DNA from: Patescibacteria group bacterium
GTDB taxonomy: Bacteria; Patescibacteriota; Minisyncoccia; Phycocordibacterales; Zambryskibacteraceae
NCBI GenBank assembly: GCA_004322205.1
Contig: SCSN01000008.1
Location: 18,370-82,369, forward strand
DNA length: 64,000 nt
Reading direction: 5' to 3'
The position numbers and the translations under genes are program-made. Within the stretch, counting starts at the first letter, position 1. Each line of letters begins with the position of its first letter. Under the pieces are notes generated by a model, which saw only the letters and a list, made by a program, of their open reading frames with translations, did no database searches and was not told the DNA's origin. Below are positions 56,122 to 64,000 of this stretch, piece after piece.

Positions 56122-59100
56122 TCACAAGGCTCTAATTTTTTCTGCAATGAGGCTCACTCCGCCGTTTCGCCGAGAGACAGTACCCGACATAGCGAGGCAC
56201 TGCTCTGGTTTGATAAGCGTCTTACATTCCTCGAAGAGGCGTGGAAAAATAACCACCTCGAGATTGCCAAGGAAGTCGGCAAGCTTCATGAACGTCATTT
56301 TCTGATTTTGCTTGGTGATAATCTCCCGAAACTCTTCGATGATGCCGGCAAGTGCAATATGTTCTCCTTCACGCCGCTCTTTAATTGTCTGGGAGTTATC
56401 CTTAAATCTTGCCATTTTCTCTTGGAATCGCTCGAGCGGATGCCCGGAAACATAGAGACCTAAAAGCTCTTTCTCCCAGGCAAGTTTTTGCTCTCTCTCG
56501 GCTGGCGGGACGGGAGGAAGAGAAATTTCAGGCGCCGCAGCCCCGACTGAAGTAAAAAGTGATTCGTGGCTGCCTCCCTGCTTCATCTGCTCTTTGTGGT
56601 AGCTAAGGAGCAGATCAAGACTCGCAAACATTGCTCCGCGCTCCCCAAAATCATCGAGGGCGCCGCTTTTGATGAGCGCCTCAAGGGATTTCTTGTTAAG
56701 GTTGCGGTCTTTGACCCGGTCGAGGAAATGAGCAAGCGAGGTATACTTGCCGTGCTCTTTACGCTCCCGCACGATTTGCTGGGCAACGCCCTCTCCGAGA
56801 TTTTTTATAGTTGCCAGTCCGAAGCGGATGGTGTCGGGTTTACCGGCGGCGCGAACAACCGAAAACCCTCTGAAACTCTCGTTGACTAATGGCGGTAGCA
56901 CTGGAATGCCCATGCGCTTGCATTCGTGAATTAGCGCGCCAATTTCTTCTACGTTCCCCGAGTCAGCGGTGAGCACCGCCGACATATAAATTGCCGGGTA
57001 ATTCGCCTTGAAATAGGCAGTTTGGTAAGCAATGCGACCGTAGCTTGCGGCGTGAGCCTTGTTGAATCCGTATGCCGCGAATGGTTCAACCCAACTCCAA
57101 AGCTCCCGGGCTTTCTTTTCGCTCCAGCCGCTGTGGGAGACGCAGCCCTGGATAAACTTTTCTTTCTGGGCAGCCATCTCTTCGGGGATTTTTTTGCCGA
57201 CCGCCTTGCGAAATTTATCCACCTCAAGCCACGAATAGCCGGCAATGTCTTTGGCAATTATGAGAAGGTCGTCCTGATAGACGAGAACTCCGTAGGTTCG
57301 GGAAAGAATCGGTTCGAGGGCAGGATCGAGGTAGCTCGCGAGTTTGGGATTGTGTTTTCGCTTGATGAACTGAGGAATGAATTGCATCGGTCCGGGGCGA
57401 TAGAGTGCCACCATGGCGTTGATGTCATGAATGGTCGTTGGTTTGAGCTCCATAAGAAATCTTGTCATCGCTTCGCCGTTGAGCTGGAAAAGTCCTTCGG
57501 TTTCTCCTTTGGCGAGGATGGCAAATGTTTTTTTGTCGTCCAGAGGAATAGTTTCCGGATCGGTCTCTTTCTCTTCGATGGCGCGAATTCTGTCAACAGT
57601 ATCTGCAATGATTGAAAGATTTTTTAACCCCAGAAAGTCAAATTTCAGTAGTCCGGCGTCCTCAACCGAGTACATATCATATTGGGTGATGATTTTTCCT
57701 TCGCCCTTCGGGTCGAACTGAAGAGGCACGAAATTCACCAGCGACTCCGGTGCAATAACCACACCGGCGGCGTGAACGGAGATGTGGCGAGCGCAGCCCT
57801 CAATTTTCTTTGCCATATCAATGACCCCCTTGACCTCGGCGTCTTTTTTGTAGAGTTCCTTGAGGTCGGGGACGATTTCAAAGGCGCGGCTGATGGTCAT
57901 GGGAAAACCTTGCGAGCCGAAGGGGATGAGCCTCGCTATGCGGTCGCCGACAGCATACGGGTGTCCCATGGCGCGTGCTACGTCGCGCACCACTCCGCGG
58001 GCGAGCATGGTGCCGAATGTTCCGATTTGGGCGACTTTGTCGGCTCCGTATTTCTCTCTCGCGTAATCGATCATTTCGTCACGGCGGTTATCGGCAAAGT
58101 CCATGTCGATGTCTGGAGCCGAAGGTCGTTCGGGATTTAGGAACCGTTCGAAAGGCAGGGCGTATTCAATTGGGTTGATATTGGTGATGCCGCAGAGGTA
58201 GGTCACCATGGAGCCAGCGACGGAGCCTCGAATGTTGGTAAGAATTCCGTTCTGGTGGGCATAGCGAAGCAAATCTGCAACGACCAAGAAATACGGTGAA
58301 TACCCTTTGTCACGGATAATCTTGAGTTCGTACTCTATGCGCCCTTCAGTCTCTGCGGTTTTCTCAATTTTGTGCCGCGACAGCCCCTCATAAACAAGGC
58401 GGCGCAATTCCTCGTCGTGAGAAAGTCCGCTTTCAACCCGGAAATTAGGAAAGACCCACGAGCCGAATTGAAGCTTGAGGTTGCAGGCTGCGGCGATTTC
58501 GGTTGAGGCGGCAAGAGCTTCCGGTAGATCTTTGAAGCGTTCATTCATTTCTTTTTGGGAAAGGAAAGAAAAGTTTTCGGCACGCTCTCCAAACGACCGG
58601 CGCTCTCGCTCGCCACCCGACTGGACTGAAAGGAGCGTCTCCCAAGCTGGTCTGTCTTCGGGATTGACGTAAAAAATGTCGTGGGCGGCAACCAGTGGAA
58701 CTTCTGAATCTTTAGCGAATGAAACGAGTCGCTTGAGCCGCTCACCGTCGCTATCTGTTTCTGGACGTTTGATGATTTCTAGATAGAACATGTCCGAACC
58801 AAAAACACTTCGGTACCAGTCGGCGAGATTTTTTGCCTTCTCAATGTCGCGATGCTCAATAGCGCGCGCTAGGTCGGACTCCGAACTTGCAATGCAAATT
58901 AGCCCGCTGGCGTGCATCTCAATGAGCGCCTTATCAATGCGAGGCTTGTAGTAGAAACCTTCGAGATGGCCCTTGGTGGCAAGTTGGATTAGATTCTTGT
59001 ACCCCGTTTCGTCTCGGGCGAGGAGGAGGAGGCGAGTGCGGATGTTGTCAACGCCGGTTTGTTTGTCGAGGCGGCTGCGGTTGGCAACATAAGCGTCAAT

Positions 59101-59292
59101 GCCGAGAATGGGTTTGATGCCTTGGCGTTCGCATTCTTTGTAGAATTCAATCGCCCCGTAGAGATTTCCGTTATCGGTGAGGGCTAGAGCCTTCATGCCG
59201 TCTTTGACGGCGGTTGCCACAAGATCCGGAATCTTCGGCAAGGCACCCAAGAGACTGTAGTGGCTGTGCGTGTGGAGATGGACGAATGTCAT
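56122..59292 (-). CDS. dnaE: DNA polymerase III alpha subunit
   Basis: PHP domain N-terminus (MTFVHLHTHSHYSLLGA), palm, fingers and OB regions. 1056 aa. Confidence 0.95.
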   Translation of the reverse strand: MTFVHLHTHSHYSLLGALPKIPDLVATAVKDGMKALALTDNGNLYGAIEFYKECERQGIKPILGIDAYVANRSRLDKQTGVDNIRTRLLLLARDETGYKNLIQLATKGHLEGFYYKPRIDKALIEMHASGLICIASSESDLARAIEHRDIEKAKNLADWYRSVFGSDMFYLEIIKRPETDSDGERLKRLVSFAKDSEVPLVAAHDIFYVNPEDRPAWETLLSVQSGGERERRSFGERAENFSFLSQKEMNERFKDLPEALAASTEIAAACNLKLQFGSWVFPNFRVESGLSHDEELRRLVYEGLSRHKIEKTAETEGRIEYELKIIRDKGYSPYFLVVADLLRYAHQNGILTNIRGSVAGSMVTYLCGITNINPIEYALPFERFLNPERPSAPDIDMDFADNRRDEMIDYAREKYGADKVAQIGTFGTMLARGVVRDVARAMGHPYAVGDRIARLIPFGSQGFPMTISRAFEIVPDLKELYKKDAEVKGVIDMAKKIEGCARHISVHAAGVVIAPESLVNFVPLQFDPKGEGKIITQYDMYSVEDAGLLKFDFLGLKNLSIIADTVDRIRAIEEKETDPETIPLDDKKTFAILAKGETEGLFQLNGEAMTRFLMELKPTTIHDINAMVALYRPGPMQFIPQFIKRKHNPKLASYLDPALEPILSRTYGVLVYQDDLLIIAKDIAGYSWLEVDKFRKAVGKKIPEEMAAQKEKFIQGCVSHSGWSEKKARELWSWVEPFAAYGFNKAHAASYGRIAYQTAYFKANYPAIYMSAVLTADSGNVEEIGALIHECKRMGIPVLPPLVNESFRGFSVVRAAGKPDTIRFGLATIKNLGEGVAQQIVRERKEHGKYTSLAHFLDRVKDRNLNKKSLEALIKSGALDDFGERGAMFASLDLLLSYHKEQMKQGGSHESLFTSVGAAAPEISLPPVPPAEREQKLAWEKELLGLYVSGHPLERFQEKMARFKDNSQTIKERREGEHIALAGIIEEFREIITKQNQKMTFMKLADFLGNLEVVIFPRLFEECKTLIKPEQCLAMSGTVSRRNGGVSLIAEKIRAL

Positions 59293-59372
59293 GGAGAGGA
59301 GGGTGCATGAATTATATCAAAGCACTTCCTGCTCTTGATCCATTAATCCAAAGAGCGGTATATAATGGCAGT

Positions 59373-59969
59373 ATGTCAAGGAAAAGGAGGATTCTGGTTG
59401 GTGTTGATGAGGCCGGGAGGGGACCCCTTGCTGGTCCGCTGGCCGTGGGGATTGTGGTTCTGCCGCGTCGGTACCTCAAGGAGTTTGCCCAGATTCGGGA
59501 TTCCAAGAAACTAACCAGCGCCAAGCGGCAGATCTGGTTTGACAAGTTGCGGAAAGAGCGAAAACGCGGGACCCTCGACTTTCGTGTTTCCTGCGTAGGC
59601 AATGCGATAATAGACAAGAAGGGCATCAGCTATGCCGCGCGCTGCGGCATCCGGCGCTGTCTCCAAAGACTTGAAGTGTCTCCAGCGCAGTCGGAGATTC
59701 TTTTGGACGGGCTTCTGTACGCTCCCAAGAAATTTTTGCTCCAGAAAACTGTGATCAAGGGCGATGAGCGGGTGCCTATCATCGCTCTTGCCTCGGTTGC
59801 CGCCAAAGTAGTGCGTGACGGGAAAATGACTCGTCTGGCGAAACGTTTCCCGCAATACGGATTTGAAATCCACAAAGGGTACGGCACGGCGCTTCACCGA
59901 AAAAGAATCCTTAAGCACGGCCCCTCTCCCATTCACCGAAGAAGTTTTCTGAAGAATTTTGCCAAGTAG
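59373..59969 (+). CDS. rnhB: ribonuclease HII
   Basis: ILVGVDEAGRGPLAGPL catalytic DEAGRG block. Start trimmed to MSRKRR, 7 nt after TATAAT (59361-59366), leaderless-like. Confidence 0.85.
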   Translation: MSRKRRILVGVDEAGRGPLAGPLAVGIVVLPRRYLKEFAQIRDSKKLTSAKRQIWFDKLRKERKRGTLDFRVSCVGNAIIDKKGISYAARCGIRRCLQRLEVSPAQSEILLDGLLYAPKKFLLQKTVIKGDERVPIIALASVAAKVVRDGKMTRLAKRFPQYGFEIHKGYGTALHRKRILKHGPSPIHRRSFLKNFAK

Positions 59970-60237
59970 TTTAACTTGTATTATGCTCTAAAGCCAGATA
60001 AAGTTTCATTCATCATGAACCCACGGAGGTTTCATGTCAGTCTTTCAGCGCAGTTCTAAGATTGAGAGCCGAGACTGATGGGAGGCTGTGCTCGAGCGCC
60101 CCCATGCCTTGCTGGGAAGAGAGAAAGCGGCGGAGATTTCTGCCGAGGAACTCCAAGATATCACTGACCCGGAAGTTCTGCGTAGCCTCGGCTGCTACCT
60201 CTTTGGCGAAGCTGGGAGAGCGTGTTGCTGATTCTGC

Positions 60238-60276
60238 GCGGTCGCACCTCAAGCAGGTGCGACCGCTTTTCTCTTG
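60238..60276 (+). terminator. intrinsic terminator in the rnhB-rpmF spacer
   Basis: GCGGTCGCACCT-CAAGC-AGGTGCGACCGC followed by TTTTCTCTTG. Confidence 0.65.
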
Positions 60277-60309
60277 ATAATTCTCTGTCATACGATATAC
60301 TGCCAGACT

Positions 60310-60549
60310 ATGGTTGTCCGAATGCGCCACAACAGATCGCAGACCCGCAGCCGGCGCTCTCATCGCGCCCTCTTGCCCGCGGCGTTTTTTGCCTGTCCTC
60401 ATTGCGGCGCCAAAAAGGAGAAGCATGCCATCTGCCCGAATTGCGGCAAGTACCATGAGCGCGATATGATTGATGTTATCGGAAAGAGAGCTATGAAAGC
60501 CGCTAAGAAGAAAGAGAAACAAGCAGCACCCGCCACGGCAGAAAAGTAA
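60310..60549 (+). CDS. rpmF: ribosomal protein L32
   Basis: RRSHRAL...CPHCG...CPNCG zinc-ribbon L32 pattern with a lysine-rich C-terminal tail. Confidence 0.8.
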   Translation: MVVRMRHNRSQTRSRRSHRALLPAAFFACPHCGAKKEKHAICPNCGKYHERDMIDVIGKRAMKAAKKKEKQAAPATAEK

Positions 60550-60572
60550 TCCGCGGCAAGCACATTTCCACT

Positions 60573-61514
60573 GTGAATTCCATGGCAAATCGTCATCTGG
60601 CGCGATCGGTCGTTCTCCAGTCTCTTTTTGAGTGGGACTTCGGAGGTAAGCCCAATAAAAAAAAAGAGGCGATGTTGATCTTTCGGCGCAACGTTCAGGA
60701 ATTTGCGCCGGGGATAAAGGATGTCTCTTTCATGGAATCGCTCATGGAGAGTGTGCTTGCTAAGAGCAAAGACCTTGACACTATAATATCTACTGCCGCC
60801 CCGGATTGGCCGCTTGAAAAGATAGCGGTTGTTGACCGCAATGTTCTGCGCATCGGTCTCTACGAACTTTTGTTTGCGGATCGCAGCGAAGTGCCGCCCA
60901 AAGTTGCCATCAACGAAGCCATCGAGCTTGCCAAAACATTCGGCGGTGAGACCTCGGGAAAATTTGTCAATGGCGTCTTGGGGGCGGTCTACAAGGAGAT
61001 GGGCGAGCCGGGGAGGGATGAGAGGAGTTCGAAGAAAAAAAACGCTAATGATATCCCCGACGACCAGGCGCCGGTGGAGAATTTGGGCGGAGCCGTTGTC
61101 TATGCGGAGGAGGGAAAAAAAATCTTTGTTGCTCTGGTTCATGACGTCTTCGGGCACTGGACGCTCTCGAAAGGAAAGCTCGAGGCGGGAGAAGATGTGG
61201 AGGCAGGTACGGTTCGGGAGGTCAAGGAGGAGATTGGACTCGACGTCACCCCCGAAGATGACTTGGGTGTCAATGAATATATTGCCTTTCCTCCGGACAA
61301 AGGAAAAATCAAAAAGCGCGTCCATTACTTTTTAGCTCGCTCCGATTTTCAGCCGCTTCAGCTCGAGTCGCAGGGAGGACTTGATAACGCCCGCTGGTTT
61401 GCACTTGACGAGGTGGCGGAGCTTAATTTCTACGATGATATTGTTCCTCTGATTACCAAGGCGATCCAGATTCTGGGGCGAAAAAGTTCGCGGGCGAAGC
61501 GAAAAAATGAGTGA
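60573..61514 (+). CDS. nusB: NusB antitermination factor fused to a C-terminal NUDIX hydrolase domain
   Basis: NusB core from residues 1-140 (RHLARSVVLQSLFEWDF ... NGVLGAVYKE), then a NUDIX box GKLEAGEDVEAGTVREVKEEIGL. Confidence 0.8.
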   Translation: MNSMANRHLARSVVLQSLFEWDFGGKPNKKKEAMLIFRRNVQEFAPGIKDVSFMESLMESVLAKSKDLDTIISTAAPDWPLEKIAVVDRNVLRIGLYELLFADRSEVPPKVAINEAIELAKTFGGETSGKFVNGVLGAVYKEMGEPGRDERSSKKKNANDIPDDQAPVENLGGAVVYAEEGKKIFVALVHDVFGHWTLSKGKLEAGEDVEAGTVREVKEEIGLDVTPEDDLGVNEYIAFPPDKGKIKKRVHYFLARSDFQPLQLESQGGLDNARWFALDEVAELNFYDDIVPLITKAIQILGRKSSRAKRKNE

Positions 61515-62223
61515 GATTCATAACAAAGAAAAAATGAACATTGATCAATTTGAGAAAAAAGCGAGGGTGATTTTCCAAGACAAAAATCTCCTCGGGCAAG
61601 CTTTTGTTCATCGCTCGTATCTCAATGAGAATCGTGATTTTCCCCTTGGGCACAATGAACGGTTGGAGTTTTTAGGCGATGCGGTGCTTGAGCTGGTTAC
61701 TACGGAATATCTCTATCGCAAATACCCGGACAAAACAGAAGGTGAGATGACCTCACTGCGCTCCGCTCTAGTCAATGCCAATACGCTCTATGTTGTAGGG
61801 GTCAATCTCGGGGTAAATGACTATTTGCTTCTCTCCCGTGGGGAGACGAAGGATACAGGCAGAGCGCGGCAGTATATTCTGGCCAACACGATTGAGGCGA
61901 TAATCGGAGCGGTCTATTTGGACCAAGGGTACGAAACGGCGAAGAAGTTTATTTACGAACACATCACGCCGCTCATTGAAAAAATTATTTCTGAAGGTAG
62001 CTGGATTGATGCCAAGAGCCGTTTTCAGGAACAGGCACAGGACGTTGTCGGTGTCACTCCTCTCTACAAAACGCTCAAGGAAATTGGTCCCGACCATGAT
62101 AAACACTTCACGGTTGGAGTTTATCTTGGAAGCGAGCTTATAGCAGAGGGTGAAGGGGACTCCAAGCAGAATGCCGAGCAGGAAGCGGCGCGCCGGGCGT
62201 CACGAGCAAAAGATTGGGAATGA
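61507..62223 (+). CDS. rnc: ribonuclease III
   Basis: NERLEFLGDAVLELV signature plus a C-terminal dsRBD. Confidence 0.9.
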   Translation: MSEIHNKEKMNIDQFEKKARVIFQDKNLLGQAFVHRSYLNENRDFPLGHNERLEFLGDAVLELVTTEYLYRKYPDKTEGEMTSLRSALVNANTLYVVGVNLGVNDYLLLSRGETKDTGRARQYILANTIEAIIGAVYLDQGYETAKKFIYEHITPLIEKIISEGSWIDAKSRFQEQAQDVVGVTPLYKTLKEIGPDHDKHFTVGVYLGSELIAEGEGDSKQNAEQEAARRASRAKDWE

Positions 62224-62257
62224 TAGACCCCCCACATACCACGCCTTTTAATATGTC

Positions 62258-62302
62258 GAAATAAAGGTTCCTCGGGGCTGCCCCGAGGAACCTTTATTTT
62301 TC
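62258..62302. terminator. bidirectional intrinsic terminator (15-bp perfect arms)
   Basis: AAAGGTTCCTCGGGG-CTG-CCCCGAGGAACCTTT flanked by A and T tracts. Confidence 0.75.
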
Positions 62303-62413
62303 TACTGCGAGCTCGCTTTTCATGTATTTGCCCAAAGCGAGAACTTCATTCGCCATTCCTTTGGCGATTGCTCCGAGAAGCAAATCGCGTCTCTCCGACG
62401 TCATCTCGGACAT
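62294..62413 (-). CDS. small ORF (39 aa, amphipathic), translationally coupled to the upstream small ORF
   Basis: MSEMTSERRDLLLGAIAKGMANEVLALGKYMKSELAVEK. ATG sits 2 nt after the TGA of the 49-aa ORF. Not in the ORF track because it is shorter than 60 aa. Confidence 0.3.
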   Translation of the reverse strand: MSEMTSERRDLLLGAIAKGMANEVLALGKYMKSELAVEK

Positions 62414-62415
62414 GG

Positions 62416-62565
62416 TCACTCGCATCCTCTCTTTGTCTCAGTTTCAGGCGGTTTCGCCCGGGAGTCGTTGGGCGGCCGCAGAAGCCATCGCCCCGTGAGG
62501 TAGAGCACGTAGGCGATTACAACGACGATCCAGATAACGATGACAGCCCGGCTTTCGTCAGACAT
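62416..62565 (-). CDS. small hydrophobic membrane peptide (49 aa)
   Basis: MSDESRAVIVIWIVVVIAYVLYLTGRWLLRPP... GGAGGA RBS 5 nt upstream, with a TTGACG-16-TATCAT promoter at 62597-62624 on the minus strand. Confidence 0.4.
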   Translation of the reverse strand: MSDESRAVIVIWIVVVIAYVLYLTGRWLLRPPNDSRAKPPETETKRGCE

Positions 62566-62596
62566 AATCGCTCCTCCGTTGTGCGTATCTATTTTA

Positions 62597-62624
62597 ATGA
62601 TACCACCTCGCGAGTTTTCGTCAA
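62597..62624 (-). promoter_or_regulatory. minus-strand promoter TTGACG-16-TATCAT
   Basis: Read on the minus strand. Overlapped by a GTTTCAGAAAC near-palindrome. Confidence 0.4.
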
Positions 62625-62630
62625 GTTTCT

Positions 62631-62688
62631 GAAACAAAAACCCCGCCCGGAGCTGAAACTCTTTCGAGTCAACTGCGGCGGGGGAGCA
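62631..62688 (-). terminator. minus-strand intrinsic terminator after the 52-aa ORF
   Basis: CCCCGCC ... GGCGGGG stem with an inner GACTC-GAAA-GAGTT hairpin, then a TTTTTGTTTC run on the minus strand. Confidence 0.45.
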
Positions 62689-62772
62689 ACTTTCAAGACG
62701 TGCTCAGGTCTGCGCGTTGTTTCAGAAATGTCCTTGATGTGGGGCGAGAACAGCCGGAGCTCGCTTGTTCTA

Positions 62773-62931
62773 TTAGACTCGACGCCGCTTCCACCTAATC
62801 AGAAGTACAAGTCCGAACAGTGCGAGCGGGATAGATAACCAGTACGAGGGCGGAGGGTCCGGCACCCGTGGCGCGTCCGCTTGGATGATAACCCCAAGCA
62901 CTTCCGCGACATGCTTCAAGAATAACGTCAT
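62773..62931 (-). CDS. small ORF (52 aa) ending in a TM helix plus RWKRRRV basic tail
   Basis: MTLFLKHVAEVLGVIIQADAPRVPDPPPSYWLSIPLALFGLVLLIRWKRRRV. The C-terminus resembles a PEP-CTERM/LPXTG-type sorting tail without a passenger domain. Confidence 0.3.
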   Translation of the reverse strand: MTLFLKHVAEVLGVIIQADAPRVPDPPPSYWLSIPLALFGLVLLIRWKRRRV

Positions 62932-63100
62932 ACTACACCCCTGTGTTTGTGGTAAGTTTTCCAGCTGTTCAGATCTTTTTAAAAAATATCATATTTAATT
63001 TATACAGTCAATAACTATTCCCTGTTCAAAAACGGCTCAAAATAGTGATAGAATTGATGACGACCCTGTATTTAACTTTCAAGCTTTTTAACTTTACACA

Positions 63101-64000
63101 ATGCTCCTGAAATCCATAGAACTTCACGGCTTTAAGTCCTTCCCGAGGAAAAGCCTTTTTGAGTTTATTTCTCCTATTTCGGCGGTTGTCGGTCCGAATG
63201 GAAGCGGTAAATCAAACGTGGCGGAAGCATTTCAGTTTGTGCTCGGAGAACAGTCTATCAAGTCCCTGCGCGGGAAAAAAGGAGAGGATTTAATCTGGAA
63301 CGGCGGGGCTGATTTCCCGCGTGCCAACCGCGCTTCCGTCAAGGTTCTGCTTGACAACAGCAATAAATTTTTAAACATTGATTTTCCCGAAGTTGCCATC
63401 GAGCGCGTTGTGCACCGCGATGGAGTCAATGAGTACATCGTAAACGGCAGCCAGGTGCGCTTGCGTGACATCATTGAGCTTCTCGCTCCGGCTCACATTG
63501 GCGCCTCGGGGCACCATATTATTTCTCAAGGTGAGGCGGATCGGGTTCTTTCTGCCAACCCTCGCGAGCGGCGGGAAATGATCGAAGATGCTCTGGGGCT
63601 AAAGATTTACCAATACAAGCGACAAGAGAGCGAGCGGAAGCTCGAAAAAACCCTCGAAAACATTTCTCAAGTTGACGCTCTGCGAAAAGAAATTGCTCCG
63701 CATCTGCGATTTCTCAAAAAGCAGGCGGAGAAAATCGAGAAGGCGGCGGAGCTCAAAGAGCGGCTCAAAACTTTTGCCAAGAAGTATTTGAAACGAGAAT
63801 CGTGCTACCTCGAGTGGCTCAAGCGAGAGATTGAAAAAACGAAACGCCCGCTTGAAGCGAAAAAAGCGGCGCTTGAGCGAGAGCTTAACGAGGCGAGGCG
63901 GGTTCTTGAGCAGTCGAAAATGAGAGACGCCAAGAGCGACGAGGTGGTTTCACTTGAAGGGAAAATTCAATCACTGCGGAAAAGGAAAGACGGACTCTTG
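63101..64000 (+). CDS. smc: chromosome segregation protein SMC (N-terminal part, runs off the window)
   Basis: MLLKSIELHGFKSF ... GPNGSGKSN Walker A, followed by coiled coil. No stop before position 64000. Confidence 0.85.
   Translation, partial: MLLKSIELHGFKSFPRKSLFEFISPISAVVGPNGSGKSNVAEAFQFVLGEQSIKSLRGKKGEDLIWNGGADFPRANRASVKVLLDNSNKFLNIDFPEVAIERVVHRDGVNEYIVNGSQVRLRDIIELLAPAHIGASGHHIISQGEADRVLSANPRERREMIEDALGLKIYQYKRQESERKLEKTLENISQVDALRKEIAPHLRFLKKQAEKIEKAAELKERLKTFAKKYLKRESCYLEWLKREIEKTKRPLEAKKAALERELNEARRVLEQSKMRDAKSDEVVSLEGKIQSLRKRKDGLL

Noticed and set aside
55746-56147. 133-aa minus-strand ORF antisense to the ORF at 55749-56090
   Set aside because: Arg/Gly/Lys-rich, with no RBS. The plus-strand frame has a GGAGG RBS and a downstream terminator.
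60037-60588. 183-aa minus-strand ORF across the rpmF region
   Set aside because: It is antisense to a clearly recognisable L32 gene (CPHCG/CPNCG zinc ribbon) and to an intrinsic terminator. Spurious.
62368-62838. 156-aa plus-strand ORF between rnc and smc
   Set aside because: It is antisense to three small SD-led minus-strand ORFs and runs through their promoter and terminators, and it is Ser/Arg-rich. Judged an artefact of GC-rich DNA.

Overview
This 64-kb window comes from a compact bacterial genome that is gene-dense on both strands. Gene content and architecture are compatible with a reduced-genome lineage such as Patescibacteria/CPR, but I cannot prove that from sequence alone. Housekeeping genes dominate: groES/groEL, RNase J, secG, htpX, gap, rpiB, rpe-like, a split transketolase, class II aldolase, a PfkB kinase, rplY, rpmE, prfA, rpsB, tsf, pheS, pheT, gyrB, thrS, dnaE, rnhB, rpmF, nusB, rnc and the start of smc. 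Two tRNAs are present, Ser-GGA and Thr-UGU. Most native genes have no Shine-Dalgarno sequence, and many sit 6-15 nt downstream of a TATAAT-like box, which suggests leaderless or short-leader mRNAs. Visibly GC-richer islands are scattered among these genes: small ORFans with canonical AAGGAG/GGAGG ribosome-binding sites and their own terminators, and three GC-rich non-coding stretches framed by a promoter and an intrinsic terminator, which may be structural RNAs. The most unusual observations are these: an NlpC/P60 peptidase-like domain inserted in-frame inside pheT; an in-frame GTTG-rich insertion in pheS that matches an intergenic motif; a three-copy 24-28 bp palindrome family; a 13-bp inverted-repeat MITE-like element present twice, each copy abutting a start codon; a cluster of three tiny GC-rich ORFs upstream of smc; a NusB-NUDIX fusion; a sigma-R4-HTH plus HEAR-repeat protein; a glycan-related cluster (GH1, permease, GH-A hydrolase, GT2); and a copper/thiol cluster (csoR, DUF1573, ccdA, a CopB-like ATPase). 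No CRISPR array or rRNA is visible.
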